This document shows positions 12,226-22,431 of a stretch of 64,000 nt of DNA, one piece after another. Both the position numbers and the translations under genes were made by a program. The DNA comes from Alphaproteobacteria bacterium (GTDB lineage Bacteria; Pseudomonadota; Alphaproteobacteria; Bin95), in the NCBI GenBank assembly GCA_964291285.2, contig OZ219787.1, positions 416,001 to 480,000 of the forward strand, in the 5' to 3' direction. Numbering within the stretch: the stretch's first letter is position 1; the number at the start of each line of letters is the position of its first letter. The notes beneath the pieces were generated by a model. That model did not search any database. It saw only the letters and a list, made by a program, of their open reading frames with translations, and was not told where the DNA came from.

Positions 12226-13214
12226 GCCACGAAGCTCCCGCCGAGCTCGTCCTCGATGAAGATGCGCACGATCTCTTCGAAGTCCGTATCGGTCTCGAAA
12301 CCCAGCGCCTCGCCCCGCGCCGGGTCGAAATGGGTGGCCCAGCCGTTCACGATGTCCTGGATGAAGGGGTCCGGCTCGAAGGCGACGCGCGCCGCCACCC
12401 GCTCGCCGGCGACGGCCGCAAGCGCCGCCAGCATCTCCCGCACGGTGACGGTGAGGCCCGGAAGTGCCAGCATCCGCGCCGGACCCCAGGCTTCCGCAGG
12501 CATGGCCGCGGCCTTCAGCACGGCGTCCACCACCTTGCGCGGCGAGAGCACATACATCGCCTGCTCCGGCTCCACCGGGCAGACTACCTCCTCGCCCTGG
12601 AGCGGCTCGCGGATGATGGAGCTCGCCCAGGTGGAGGCCGCCTTGTTGGGCTTGCCGGGCCTGACCACGACGGTCGGGAAGCGCAGCGCCCGCCCGTCCA
12701 CATAGCCCTTGCGCGCATAGTCCTGCACCAGCAGTTCGCCGACGGCCTTCTGCGTGCCGTAGGAGGTCTGCGGGTTCAGGATCAGCCCGTCGGGGATCGT
12801 CTCCGGCATCGAGCCGCCATAGACCGCGACCGAGCTTGCGAACACCAGGCGCGCCGGCTCTGGCAGGCTCCGGGCGGCGGCCAGCACGTTCATCGTGCCC
12901 TGGAGGTTGACCGTCATGCCGAGGTCGAAATCCTCCTCCGCCCCCGCGCTCACCACGGCGGCCAGGTGGAAGACGGCGCCCGTGTCCGGCGCAATGACGG
13001 CGCGGACCTGCTCCGGGTCGCCGATATCGCCGATGACGGCCTCGACGCGCGGGTCGTGCAGCAGGCGCGGGTCGGGCGCGGCCCTGTCGAACAGGACGAT
13101 CCGCTCGACCGGCTGCTCCCGGCCGGCGGAGTCCGTCAGCGCATTCACCTCAAGCAGCCGGAGCGCGAGCCGCCGGCCGATGAAGCCGGCGCCGCCGGTT
13201 ATCACGACGCGCAT
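12222..13214 (-). CDS. Extended SDR, D-erythronate dehydrogenase (DenD)-like
   Basis: TGGAGFIG, HLAAVVS, YGTQK and RPGKPNKAAS motifs; start trimmed to MRVVITGG. Confidence 0.85.
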
Positions 13215-13314
13215 GAGCCTTGCATCCTCCCTGAAGGCAGCGGGGTCCCGTGGATGGAGCGAAGTCCCGGACGCTCCGGGAACGGCGGGAAAATAGCCGG
13301 CGGCAACGGGGCTG

Positions 13315-13680
13315 TCACGGCGCGCGCTGCGGCTCCCGCGAGAGGCCGCCGGCCTCGAGCGCCTCCAGATACGCGTCCCAGAGTTCGCCCTGGCGTTCGC
13401 CGAGTTCGCGCAGATAGGTCCAGCTGTAGATGCCGGTGTCGTGCAGGTCGTCGAAAACCAGCCGGACGGCGTAGTTGCCTTCGGGCAGGATTTCGGTGAT
13501 GCCGACATGCGCGCGCCCGGAGACCAGCGTCTTGCGGCCCGGTCCGTGGCCCTGCACCTCGGCCGACGGGCTCTCGACCCGCAGGAACTCCGCCGGCAGC
13601 GCGAACGCAGCCCCGTCGTCGAAGGCGACATGCAGCACGCGCCCGGCCCTGGAATAGCGCAGCTCCGTCGGGCGGCTCAC
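13315..13680 (-). CDS. DUF971 / GBBH-like N-terminal domain protein
   Basis: [16 protein letters not shown] and [20 protein letters not shown] motifs. Confidence 0.92.
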   Translation of the reverse strand: MSRPTELRYSRAGRVLHVAFDDGAAFALPAEFLRVESPSAEVQGHGPGRKTLVSGRAHVGITEILPEGNYAVRLVFDDLHDTGIYSWTYLRELGERQGELWDAYLEALEAGGLSREPQRAP

Positions 13681-13871
13681 CGTCCGTCCTCGTCGAGCTC
13701 CCGCGCCTCCTCCACCAGCATGATCGGGATGCCGTCCCGGATCGGATAGGCCAGCCCCGCCGAGCGGCTGACCAGCTCGCCGGCCTCGCGATCGTAGTCC
13801 AGAGGCCCCTTGGTCACCGGACAGACCAGCAGTTGCAGCAGCAGCGGATCGACCTCTCCGGAACCCGTCAT
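13677..13871 (-). CDS. Trm112-family protein
   Basis: [11 protein letters not shown] and [11 protein letters not shown] motifs. Confidence 0.93.
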   Translation of the reverse strand: MTGSGEVDPLLLQLLVCPVTKGPLDYDREAGELVSRSAGLAYPIRDGIPIMLVEEARELDEDGR

Positions 13872-13878
13872 CGCCGCC

Positions 13879-14532
13879 TCAATTCATCCGCGCCGGGTCG
13901 TCGTCGTTCGCCGCCTGGAAGCCCGACATCGCAAACAGCGTTTCCAGCATCCGGGCGCGCTCGCCGGTGTCGCCGCATTCGAGCAGCGCCTGCTTCTCGT
14001 TGGGCGCGAAGGGACAGCCCATGGAGAGCGCGTTGACCAGCATTTCGTCGTCGGCCTTGCCTACGGCGTCCCAGTCGGCGCTGAGCCCCCGCCGCGCCAG
14101 GAAGCCGCGGAGCGCCTCCAGCAGGCCGTCGCGGTCCACCGGGCCGCTGCGGCGCGCGTCGAGATCGTCTCCGAACCCCTCGAAATCCGCATGGACGGTG
14201 CGGTAGCCGTCGGGATGGCGCGCCAGTTCGCGGTCTATGCGGAAGCGGGCGATGCCCTGCAGCGCGATCATGTAGCGCCCGTCGTCGAGCTTTTCCGAGT
14301 TCTGGATCTTGCCGGCGCAACCGATCTCGTAGATCGGCGGGTTCGCCGGATCGGTCCCTTCCGCGCAGGGCTGCACCATGCCGACGATTCCCTCATCGCC
14401 CAGCGCATCGCGGATCATCGCCCGGTAGCGCGGCTCGAAGATATGCAGCGGCAGCATGGCGCGCGGCAGCAGCAGCACGCCGGGCAGCGGGATAACCGGG
14501 ATGACCTCCGGCAGGGACCGCCTGAGGGCCAC
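13879..14532 (-). CDS. LON peptidase substrate-binding domain protein
   Basis: [18 protein letters not shown] and EKQALLE motifs; usual thioredoxin-LON-Trm112 gene order. Confidence 0.92.
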   Translation of the reverse strand: MALRRSLPEVIPVIPLPGVLLLPRAMLPLHIFEPRYRAMIRDALGDEGIVGMVQPCAEGTDPANPPIYEIGCAGKIQNSEKLDDGRYMIALQGIARFRIDRELARHPDGYRTVHADFEGFGDDLDARRSGPVDRDGLLEALRGFLARRGLSADWDAVGKADDEMLVNALSMGCPFAPNEKQALLECGDTGERARMLETLFAMSGFQAANDDDPARMN

Positions 14533-14545
14533 GGCCGCCCGCTCC

Positions 14546-15436
14546 CTAGCTGAACATCAGGGTCGAGAGGCGGCGGCGGATATCGACCGTGAGTTCGTGC
14601 ATCGGCCCCCACGCCTCGAAGAATTTGACGAGCTGGCTGCGGGCCGCGCCGTCGTTCCATTCGCGGTCGCGGCGGTAGAGTTCCAGCAACTCCTCCGCCG
14701 CTTCCTTGTGACGTCCGCCGCCGAACAGCGCCATCGCGAGGTCGAAGCGCGCCTGGTGGTCGTCCGGGTCGGCGTCCACCGCGCGGCGCAGATCCGCCGT
14801 GTCGCCCGCATCCGCGCTCTGCTCGGCGAGCTCCACTGCGCTCACGGCCGCGGCCACCGCCGGGTCCTGGCCGGCGCCGTCGGGCAGCCGGTCCAGCATG
14901 GCGCGGGCCTCGGCGACTTCCTCCACGGCGAGGAACACCTGGGCGAGGCCGGCAATGGCGGCGGCGTTTTCCGGCTCCTGCCTCAGCACTTCGTTGAGGA
15001 TCGCGCCGGCGGTCTGCGCGTCGCCGCCCTCCAGCGCCGCCCGGGCCTGCTCGACAGCGGCCTCGACGGCCGATTCGACCGGCCCGCCCACCAGCCGCTC
15101 GACGAAGGCCTTGACCTGGCTCTCCGGCAATGCGCCCATGAAGGCATCGACCGGGCGCCCCTGGTCGAAGGCATAGACGGCCGGGATCGACTGGATGCGC
15201 ATTTGCTGCGCGACCACCGGGCTCTTGTCGATATCGACCTTGACGAGGCTGACCTTGCCGCCGGCATTGGACACGACCTTCTCGAGCACCGGTCCCAATT
15301 GCTTGCAGGGGCCGCACCAGGGCGCCCAGAAATCGACGATCACCGGCGCCGTCATCGAGGCTTCGATGACATCGGCCATGAAGGTCTGGTCGGTGGCGTC
15401 CTTCACGACGCCGGGCGCGCTTGCCGCAATCTCCAT
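14546..15436 (-). CDS. Thioredoxin-TPR co-chaperone (YbbN/CnoX family)
   Basis: VDFWAPWCGPCK followed by a TPR-like C-terminus ending RRRLSTLMFS. Confidence 0.93.
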   Translation of the reverse strand: MEIAASAPGVVKDATDQTFMADVIEASMTAPVIVDFWAPWCGPCKQLGPVLEKVVSNAGGKVSLVKVDIDKSPVVAQQMRIQSIPAVYAFDQGRPVDAFMGALPESQVKAFVERLVGGPVESAVEAAVEQARAALEGGDAQTAGAILNEVLRQEPENAAAIAGLAQVFLAVEEVAEARAMLDRLPDGAGQDPAVAAAVSAVELAEQSADAGDTADLRRAVDADPDDHQARFDLAMALFGGGRHKEAAEELLELYRRDREWNDGAARSQLVKFFEAWGPMHELTVDIRRRLSTLMFS

Positions 15437-15798
15437 CTCTCTACCCCGGTTCCGGGACGGCTTCCGCAACATGGCGGCAGAGCGGCCCGGCGGCAACCCC
15501 CGCGCTGGACGGGCGGGGAGCGGTTGCGTCCGGGCGGCGGGAAACTGCCCGACCGCGTGTCATGAGATGTCATGTTCGCGCATTCGAGACAATTAGTGGC
15601 TTTATTGCAATGGGTTAGGGTTGCAACTCTTCACATGTCTTCGCATGGGGATCAGATGTATTCAACCCCGCGCTCCCGCGTGTCCAATTGGCAAGCCGGC
15701 ACGGCGGCGGCGTCCGACCACGCCGGCGGCAGGCGAGGGGACCCGCAACGGCCTTCCCGGCGGTCAAGGTAACAGGGCCCGCGCTTTGTGCGTTGGGG

Positions 15799-16544
15799 TC
15801 ACTCCCCGGCCACGATGCGCGGCACATATTCGCGCCAGCCGCCGTCGGCAAGCGCCTGCGCCTTGGGTATCCAGCGCCGCACCTGCGAGCGCATCCAGCT
15901 TTCGGAGTACCAAACGGCCGCGACGTCCTCCTTGCTCCAGATATCCTCCGCGATCGCACGTGGCTTCTTGCCTGCTCCAAGTCCGGCCAGCACCGTCACG
16001 AGCCTGTCTATCTCCTGAACCCCGCCCCCCGACCGTTCGGAGGGGCCGGACGACCCGCCACGCTCCAGAAGTCGAGAAGGCGGCATACCGACAGCGGTAT
16101 CCGGAGCCCGAAGGTGTGCTTGACCGAGACCCTCCCGTCGTCGGGGAACCGCGGCACGTTTCCGAGACGGATCTGGACCGCCGCGCCGCCATATTCGATC
16201 TTGAGCACCAGATCGCCATTGAGCAGGCGCAGCCCCTCGACCGAGCCGCGGTCTCCGACCAGTCCGACCAGCAGCTCTGCGCCCGGATCCAGCAGGCCCT
16301 CCGGCATCCCGTCCTGGCGCCAGAAGGCCGAGGCGGGGCCGTCTGCCTTCCGGGGGTCTTCCCAGGCGAGCATCTCGAACCGCTCCGCCTCCAGATCGAC
16401 CTCCGTCTGAATGCGGATGCGGAAGGGTCCAGGCTCGGTTGCAACGGACACGCCGGCGGCGGCGTGCCGGTCCCAGGCTTCCCGGTATTCACCGACCTGC
16501 CTGAGAACCGTCCAGGCAAGGACGCCGTCCCCGGTCTCCGTCAC
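15799..16544 (-). pseudogene. FseA-like DUF6499/DUF2285 activator split over two overlapping frames
   Basis: 16008..16544 has LAWTVLRQVGEYREAW and WEDP (DUF6499-like). 15799..16086 has RAIAEDIW...WMRSQVRRW...A...GGWR (DUF2285-like). Frames differ by -1 across a G6-C-G4 run. Confidence 0.6.
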
Positions 16545-16789
16545 GGACGTCTCCCCTTGCCGGTCAGGCCGCCCGGTACGCCCGGAGACCGCGCAGCAGC
16601 GCCCACGTGCGCGTGTCGCCGTCCGTCACGGCCGAACCGTCGGACGCCGGCGCGGGAGTCCGCGCCGCGCGCCCCGGCCTTGCCCTTCGCCGGGCCGGGC
16701 CGCCCGGCCGCGCACCGCAGCCGGGACAGCGCCCGCGCCGGGACGGGATCCCCGGCCAAGGGACCGGACCCTGTCCCGGAGTCACTCCG

Positions 16790-19700
16790 CTACCAGCGGA
16801 TCAACGATCGCAGCATCACGCCGTGATCGACGGACCCGTTATCGTTGGCGGCCTCGCGGCGCGTGGCGTCGAGACTGACCTCGAAGCCGGGGTCACCGCG
16901 CACCGCCGAGGTCAGCCGCCAGCCCATGCGGTACTCGCGCGCCGTCTCCGACATCCCGAGCCCGACGTTCGGCGTGCCGGTAAAGCCGCCGCCGAACAAG
17001 GCCATGCCGTAGCCGACCTCGGCGTCGAACCGGCTCGACGGCTCCGCGTCGCCGTTCGCCGTCAGCCCCGACGACGCGGGCAGCGCCCACAGCCGCTGCG
17101 AGCCCGCCGGGTCCACGCCCCAGGACGGCGTGAGCGACATCGACAGGCCACGCCCAGCGCCGCCCGGCACGAGTCGGAGCTGCCCCGACACGCCCCATTC
17201 GTCGTAGCCGTCTTGCGCATGCACCGCGAGGCCGTGCACCTTCAACGCCATGTCGAGGCCCCGCGACGGATCCGCGTAGCCGAGGCCGGCCCCGACCTCC
17301 AGGCCCGTCCCCGTCTCCGCGTCGCCCGCGTCATGGCGCACGCCCAGCTCGACCGAAGGCGTCAGCGCCGCGCCGCTCGCGAACGAGAAGGTGCGCGAGC
17401 CGTCGAGCATCGCCCGCACCCGGCTCGACTCGCCCCGCGCGCCCATCAGGCTGCCGAACTCCGAGGCCGTCACCCGGTCGGACTCCGTGCGCACCCAGAA
17501 CGCGTCCGCCTTCAGCGCCAGCGCGAACCCGCCGGGCTCGGCGGGCGTGAGCAGATCGCCCCGCACCCCCGTCGCCGCGAGCGTCATCGAGAGGTCCGTG
17601 CGGTAGCTCTGCGGCACCGCGCCGTGAAGGTCGAGGCTGAGGCGCCCCGAGCCCGTGCCCGCGAGCCCCCACACCGACACCCGGTCCGAGAGCGCGAGAC
17701 GCGCATAGGGCATCGCCATCGTCGCCGTGCTGCCGAGCGCGTAGCGCCAGCCCGCATCGCTCGCCGTGCCTTCGCCGACGCTGTGCGTCATCGCGAAGCC
17801 CATCAGCAGCCGGCCCCGCTCGTAGTCCATGCCCATCGAGCCCGTCGCCGCCTCGCCGGTGAGGCCCAGCCCCGGCACCGCCGCCGAGAACCGCGACACC
17901 GACGCGCCCTGGCCCCAGCTCGTCCACTGCGACCCGGCGCCCTGGCCGAGCACCGCCCGGAACGACGCGCCCAGCAGCAGCTCGCGCGCCGTCACCCGGC
18001 GTGCGCCGCTGACGGTGGCGGGATCGTTCCAGCCGCTGGTCAGGCCGTGCCGCACGAACGGGTCATCGTGGTCTGCCGCCGGCGCGGAAGGCGCGCCGAA
18101 GGTCTGCGCGAACCCCGTCAGCACCGTCGCCAGCGCCTCGCCGCCCTCGGCCTCGCCGAAGTTCATGCGCTGCCCCGCGACCGTCACGTGCGAGCCGGCG
18201 TCGCGCGGCGTCTCCAGCCGCGCCGTCACCGACGCGACCGCGTCCGAGGCCACCATGCGCCCGAAGCGCGCCAGCCACATCGCCTGCAGCGGGTCGGAAT
18301 TGCGGATCACGCCCTGCGTCTCGCGCTCCCCGGCCGCGAGCGTCGCGCCCTGCGGGTTCGAGAACCGCAGCAGGAAGTACTCCATCCCCTCGTCGATCGC
18401 GTCGTCGAGGATCGGTACCGAGACCGTCTTCCGCGTCTCGCCCGCCGCGAAGGTGAGCGTGCCCGAGGTCGCGGTGTAGTCCGCGCCCGACCGCGCCGGC
18501 GCCGCCCCCGCCCAGGCGTGGCTGGCGTCCGCGGTCGCGTAGTCCACCGTCACCGTCCCTGTGGCAGCTCGGCTCAGGCGTACCTGGAAGACCACCGCAG
18601 CGTCGGTCCCCTCCCGGGCGATGCCCCGCTTGGTCGCGATGTCCGGATTGTCCTCGTCGTTGTCGGCCACCGCCACCGTCGCGCGCGCCGCTGCGCCCAC
18701 CGTGTAGCCGGTGCCGCTCGCGACCGTCGCCACGATGCCGCCGTCCGCCTCGTCCGCGCCGTCGTTCACAGTCGCGACCGAGAAGGATGCCGATGCCGTC
18801 CCGGCCGGGATGGTCACCGTGCGCGTACCCAGCGCGGAGGCGTGCGCGAAGGCGCCCTGCTGGGCGACCGACACGGTGACCGCAAGGTCCGCCGCCGGTG
18901 CGGGCGAGGCCGTCAGCGTGAAGCCCGCCGACGCGCCTTCCGTCACCGGAGCGTTGCCCGCCACTGTGACTACCGGGGTTGACGTGCCGCCGCCCTCGAT
19001 CCCGCGCAGTGCCGCCGCTACCTCCACCCAGCGCGTCCAGCCCCGGTCCGCATAGCCCTGCGCCTCCGCCGCAGTCATCGGCTGGAGCGAGGAGTCGGAG
19101 ACGGACTGGCCGAGCACGAGCAGCACCCGGTCCCAGCGGTCCGTGTGCGCCTTGTTCGAACTGTAGCGCGGATCGTCGCGCCACCCCTGGACCTTCACGA
19201 TCAGCGTACCGTACTTCGCGGGCACCGTCACCACCGGGGTCGATGTGCCGCTGCCTTGCTGCGGGTCGTCGTCGCTGATCGTCACCTGCACCGAGGACGC
19301 CGTGCCCGCGGTCAGGCCCGAGGACAGGGTGCCAAGCGCCACCGTGAACGTCTCGTCGTCCCCGTCGGTGTCATCGCTCGTCGTAATCGTGCCCGAGGTC
19401 GACGTGCCGCCGGCGGGAATCGCGAGCGACGACAGGGTCCCGTGGTCCCCGTCCTCCGACGTGCCCCCGGTCACGGTCAGCGGAATCGTTACATCCTCCG
19501 ACAGCGCCTTCGCCAGCGTCGCCGTCACCGTGACCGACGATCCCTCGCCCACCGGGTTGGGAGTGGCCGAGAGCGTGACGGCGACCGCCGCCTCGCGCGT
19601 CACCGTCACCGTGTAGGTGCGCTTGTAACGCGCGTCCGGGGCCGTCACCACCACCGTGATCGTGTTCTCCCCCACGGCCAGCTGAACCGGCGTCGCCGGG

Positions 19701-19924
19701 TCGCCGCCGTTCACCGTCACCCGCGCCTTCGGGTTCTCGGGGCTCGCGGTCACCGTGACCTCGGTCACGTCGTGGGCCACCGTCGCGCTGTAGGTCTCGC
19801 GCTCCGGGTCGAACGCCTCGTTCAGGCTCACCTGCCCGCTTGTCGTGGCCCCGGCGCCCGTCGCGCCGGCCGCCATGCACAATGCCGCCGACAGCAGCAC
19901 CGCAATCCGTGCAATCCTCTTCAT
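16790..19924 (-). CDS. Autotransporter-like surface protein (cadherin-like and Calx-beta modules, C-terminal barrel)
   Basis: Signal peptide; AFDPERETYSATV...VGENTITVVVTA (cadherin-like); VTVDYATAD...DYTATSGTLTFAAGETRKTVSVPILDD (Calx-beta); WLARFGR linker; amphipathic strands ending in terminal W. Confidence 0.88.
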   Translation of the reverse strand: MKRIARIAVLLSAALCMAAGATGAGATTSGQVSLNEAFDPERETYSATVAHDVTEVTVTASPENPKARVTVNGGDPATPVQLAVGENTITVVVTAPDARYKRTYTVTVTREAAVAVTLSATPNPVGEGSSVTVTATLAKALSEDVTIPLTVTGGTSEDGDHGTLSSLAIPAGGTSTSGTITTSDDTDGDDETFTVALGTLSSGLTAGTASSVQVTISDDDPQQGSGTSTPVVTVPAKYGTLIVKVQGWRDDPRYSSNKAHTDRWDRVLLVLGQSVSDSSLQPMTAAEAQGYADRGWTRWVEVAAALRGIEGGGTSTPVVTVAGNAPVTEGASAGFTLTASPAPAADLAVTVSVAQQGAFAHASALGTRTVTIPAGTASASFSVATVNDGADEADGGIVATVASGTGYTVGAAARATVAVADNDEDNPDIATKRGIAREGTDAAVVFQVRLSRAATGTVTVDYATADASHAWAGAAPARSGADYTATSGTLTFAAGETRKTVSVPILDDAIDEGMEYFLLRFSNPQGATLAAGERETQGVIRNSDPLQAMWLARFGRMVASDAVASVTARLETPRDAGSHVTVAGQRMNFGEAEGGEALATVLTGFAQTFGAPSAPAADHDDPFVRHGLTSGWNDPATVSGARRVTARELLLGASFRAVLGQGAGSQWTSWGQGASVSRFSAAVPGLGLTGEAATGSMGMDYERGRLLMGFAMTHSVGEGTASDAGWRYALGSTATMAMPYARLALSDRVSVWGLAGTGSGRLSLDLHGAVPQSYRTDLSMTLAATGVRGDLLTPAEPGGFALALKADAFWVRTESDRVTASEFGSLMGARGESSRVRAMLDGSRTFSFASGAALTPSVELGVRHDAGDAETGTGLEVGAGLGYADPSRGLDMALKVHGLAVHAQDGYDEWGVSGQLRLVPGGAGRGLSMSLTPSWGVDPAGSQRLWALPASSGLTANGDAEPSSRFDAEVGYGMALFGGGFTGTPNVGLGMSETAREYRMGWRLTSAVRGDPGFEVSLDATRREAANDNGSVDHGVMLRSLIRW

Positions 19925-19936
19925 CGGACAGATCCC

Positions 19937-21037
19937 CTAATTTCCGGTATTCATTTGAAGATCGCGCAGCCGGGGGTTCGCGTTGTCGACGATCGTGACC
20001 GTGACCACGGACGATGGGCCCGACACCACGTCGCGAGCCACCGTGGGGTTAAACTCCCCGGGGACCGTGACCATGGACCATGTGCCCACCGCCACGCCCG
20101 ACGGCAGGTTCGCCGTGTCCACCGCCACCGTGAACCGCTCGTCGTCGGGGTCGTCGTCCGGGTACGTTTTGATCGTGCCCGACCCGCTCGTCGAGCCGGC
20201 GTTGATCCTAATGCCCCTGAGGAACCCGCGGTCGCCCGCCTCCGACGTGTCCCACGTCACCACGAGCGGGATCTCCACGGCGTTCGCCAGCGGCTTCGTC
20301 AGAGTCACCTGCAACTGCACCGGCGAACCCTCGGCCACCGTGTTGCGCACCGCCCGCAGCGACACCACCGGGCGGGGGCGGAGGTCCTTGATCGTCACCT
20401 CGACCGAGGTCGTGGCGCCCGCCGTCAACCCCGACGGCAGCGCGCCCAGCGCCACCGTGAAGGTCTCGTTGTCCCCGTCGCTGTCCTGGTGCGTCGGCAA
20501 GGCGACCACGCCGCAGCTGCGCTGAATGGAGCCGTCGATGGGGATGGAGTACCCCGTGCGGATCGGCAGGCGGCCGTTCGTGTGGCCCGATAGCGAGATC
20601 CCCCAGTCGCCGTTCTCCGAGGTGCCGTGGCTCACCACTACCGGAATGCGCACCGTGCCCGTTGGCACCACCGCCCGCAACCCGCTTCCGTCCTTCAGGC
20701 AGGCCGTCACGCCCAACCACTTGCCCTCCGTCACCGGGTTGGGGGAGGCGGAGAGGGTGACGGTCTGCGCCTCCGCTGGCGTGGCCGTGAAAGGCGAGAG
20801 CGCACCGAGCAGCAGTGCGAGAGCGGGAAGGAGGCGGAGTAGGCGGACGCGGGAGCGCCCGGGACGAGGGTCAGGCCGGGCGGGGGCCCGCGGAACCGCC
20901 CTGGCTGACGCCGGGGAACGCGAACGGGTGGAAGAGGCCGATCCGGGCGCGCCCGACTCCTTGCGCGGAGAATCCGCCATGACGCCGAACAGGGGCTTGT
21001 CGGTACATTCAGTAAGGCCGAACACGTTCGCCTCCAC
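19937..21037 (-). CDS. Secreted protein with two Calx-beta-like modules and no anchor (true start uncertain)
   Basis: Hydrophobic signal LLPALALLLGALSPFTATPAEA; modules homologous to those of the downstream gene (TLSASPNPVTEG...DGDNETFTVALG). Confidence 0.75.
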   Translation of the reverse strand: MEANVFGLTECTDKPLFGVMADSPRKESGAPGSASSTRSRSPASARAVPRAPARPDPRPGRSRVRLLRLLPALALLLGALSPFTATPAEAQTVTLSASPNPVTEGKWLGVTACLKDGSGLRAVVPTGTVRIPVVVSHGTSENGDWGISLSGHTNGRLPIRTGYSIPIDGSIQRSCGVVALPTHQDSDGDNETFTVALGALPSGLTAGATTSVEVTIKDLRPRPVVSLRAVRNTVAEGSPVQLQVTLTKPLANAVEIPLVVTWDTSEAGDRGFLRGIRINAGSTSGSGTIKTYPDDDPDDERFTVAVDTANLPSGVAVGTWSMVTVPGEFNPTVARDVVSGPSSVVTVTIVDNANPRLRDLQMNTGN

Positions 21038-21045
21038 TTTCCGCC

Positions 21046-21079
21046 ATTACGCGCGATAACTGTCGCTATCGCGCGTAAT
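21046..21079. other. lox-like recombination site L (13-8-13)
   Basis: ATTACGCGCGATA-ACTGTCGC-TATCGCGCGTAAT: perfect 13-bp inverted arms with an asymmetric spacer, 38 bp upstream of the recombinase ORF. Confidence 0.85.
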
Positions 21080-21117
21080 CCGGGGCTCCTGTGTGCGGAC
21101 GGTTTGGAGGCCCCTGA

Positions 21118-22101
21118 ATGTTCCTTGAACCCCCGTTCAACACTTCGGAGGAGCCGGCGGCGGGCCGGGAACCCGCGCTGGAGGAGCAGCTCGAGCACTT
21201 TGTCCGGGCGGCCCGCGGCGCGTTCAGCGGCAGCACCGAGCGGGCCTTGAGGTCCGATCTCGCCATCTACGCCGAGTGGTGCGGGGAGTGCGGGGAACGG
21301 GCGCTGCCGGCCACGCCCGAGACGATCGCCGCCTTCGTCGACGCAAAGGCGGAACTGCGCGCGCCCGCCACGGTGCGCCGCTACGTCACCAGCATCGGCA
21401 TTGCCCACCGGGCGCTGGGGCTGGAGAAGACGGTGAAGAGCGCGCCGGTGCGGCTGGCGCTCAAGCGCATGCACCGGAAGAAGGGACGTCGCCAGGACCA
21501 GGCGACGGGACTGACCTGGCCGCTGCGCCAGCGCCTGCTGGAAGCGGCGGGGGACAGATTGCTCGACGACCGCAACCGCGCGCTGCTCGCCGTCGCCTAC
21601 GACGCGATGCTGCGCCGGGCGGAGCTGGTTGCACTGCAAGTCCCTGACTTGCTTGGGGAAGTGCGGGGCGAGGGCAGCCTGCTGGTGCGCCGCTCCAAGA
21701 CCGATTGCGAAGGCCGGGGCGAGATCGTCTGGGTCGGGCGGGACACCGTCCGGCTGGTCCGGGCGTGGCTCGACTGCGCCGGAATATCCGACGGCATGCT
21801 GTTTCGCGCGGTCCGCAAGGGCGGTCGGGTCGGGGGGCGGCTGAATCCCTGCGAGGTGTCGCGCATCCTCAAGGCGATGGCGCGCGAGGCCGGCCTGCCG
21901 GAGACGGTTGTGGCGGGCCTGTCGGGCCACAGCACCCGGGTTGGCGCGGCCCAGGACATGGTCGCGGCCGGCATCGAGCTGCCGGCGATCCTGCACGCCG
22001 GCCGGTGGAAATCCACGGCCATGGTCAACCGCTACGGCGAGCGGCTGCTCGCGAAGCGCAGCGGGGCGGCCCAGCTCGCCCGGATGCAGGGAAGGGGCTG
22101 A
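21118..22101 (+). CDS. Cre-like tyrosine recombinase
   Basis: Catalytic set intact: LRRAEL (R), RSKTD (K), SGHSTRVGAA (HxxR), GRW (W, as in Cre), VNRY (Y); N-terminal core-binding domain with PATVRRY. Confidence 0.95.
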   Translation: MFLEPPFNTSEEPAAGREPALEEQLEHFVRAARGAFSGSTERALRSDLAIYAEWCGECGERALPATPETIAAFVDAKAELRAPATVRRYVTSIGIAHRALGLEKTVKSAPVRLALKRMHRKKGRRQDQATGLTWPLRQRLLEAAGDRLLDDRNRALLAVAYDAMLRRAELVALQVPDLLGEVRGEGSLLVRRSKTDCEGRGEIVWVGRDTVRLVRAWLDCAGISDGMLFRAVRKGGRVGGRLNPCEVSRILKAMAREAGLPETVVAGLSGHSTRVGAAQDMVAAGIELPAILHAGRWKSTAMVNRYGERLLAKRSGAAQLARMQGRG

Positions 22102-22402
22102 GACACGCCGGGGGGTGTACGGAAACGGCCGCCGGGCTATGATGCTCCGGCGGCCGGAACGTGCCGCAATGGCGGATCGGCGGGCAGAATCGGGTCCGCG
22201 AACGCCCGGCAGTTCCAGATCCGGAAAATGCTATCGCGCACAAAAACCGGCGGGTCCGGCGGCCCCGGCAGCCTGCCGACATGTCCCGGACAGGGCCAGA
22301 AAATCCCCGAATAATCGCTGTAATTCAACGGGTTGTCGTCCGAGGGAAGCGGGGTGTCGTGTCCTGCCGCGGATCGGGCGAAGCGCCGGGTACGAAAGCC
22401 GG

Positions 22403-22431
22403 TTGACAATTTTATGCGCGATAGCGACAGC
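22403..22431 (+). promoter_or_regulatory. Candidate outward-facing sigma-70 promoter overlapping lox-like site R
   Basis: Perfect TTGACA at 22403..22408; the hexamer at 17-bp spacing (GACAGC) is a poor -10 in this orientation. Confidence 0.35.

Noticed and set aside
15560-15700. Possible tRNA or att site at the island's left edge
   Set aside because: There is an AT-richer transition and a TTCAACCCC, but no cloverleaf and no matching repeat elsewhere in the window.
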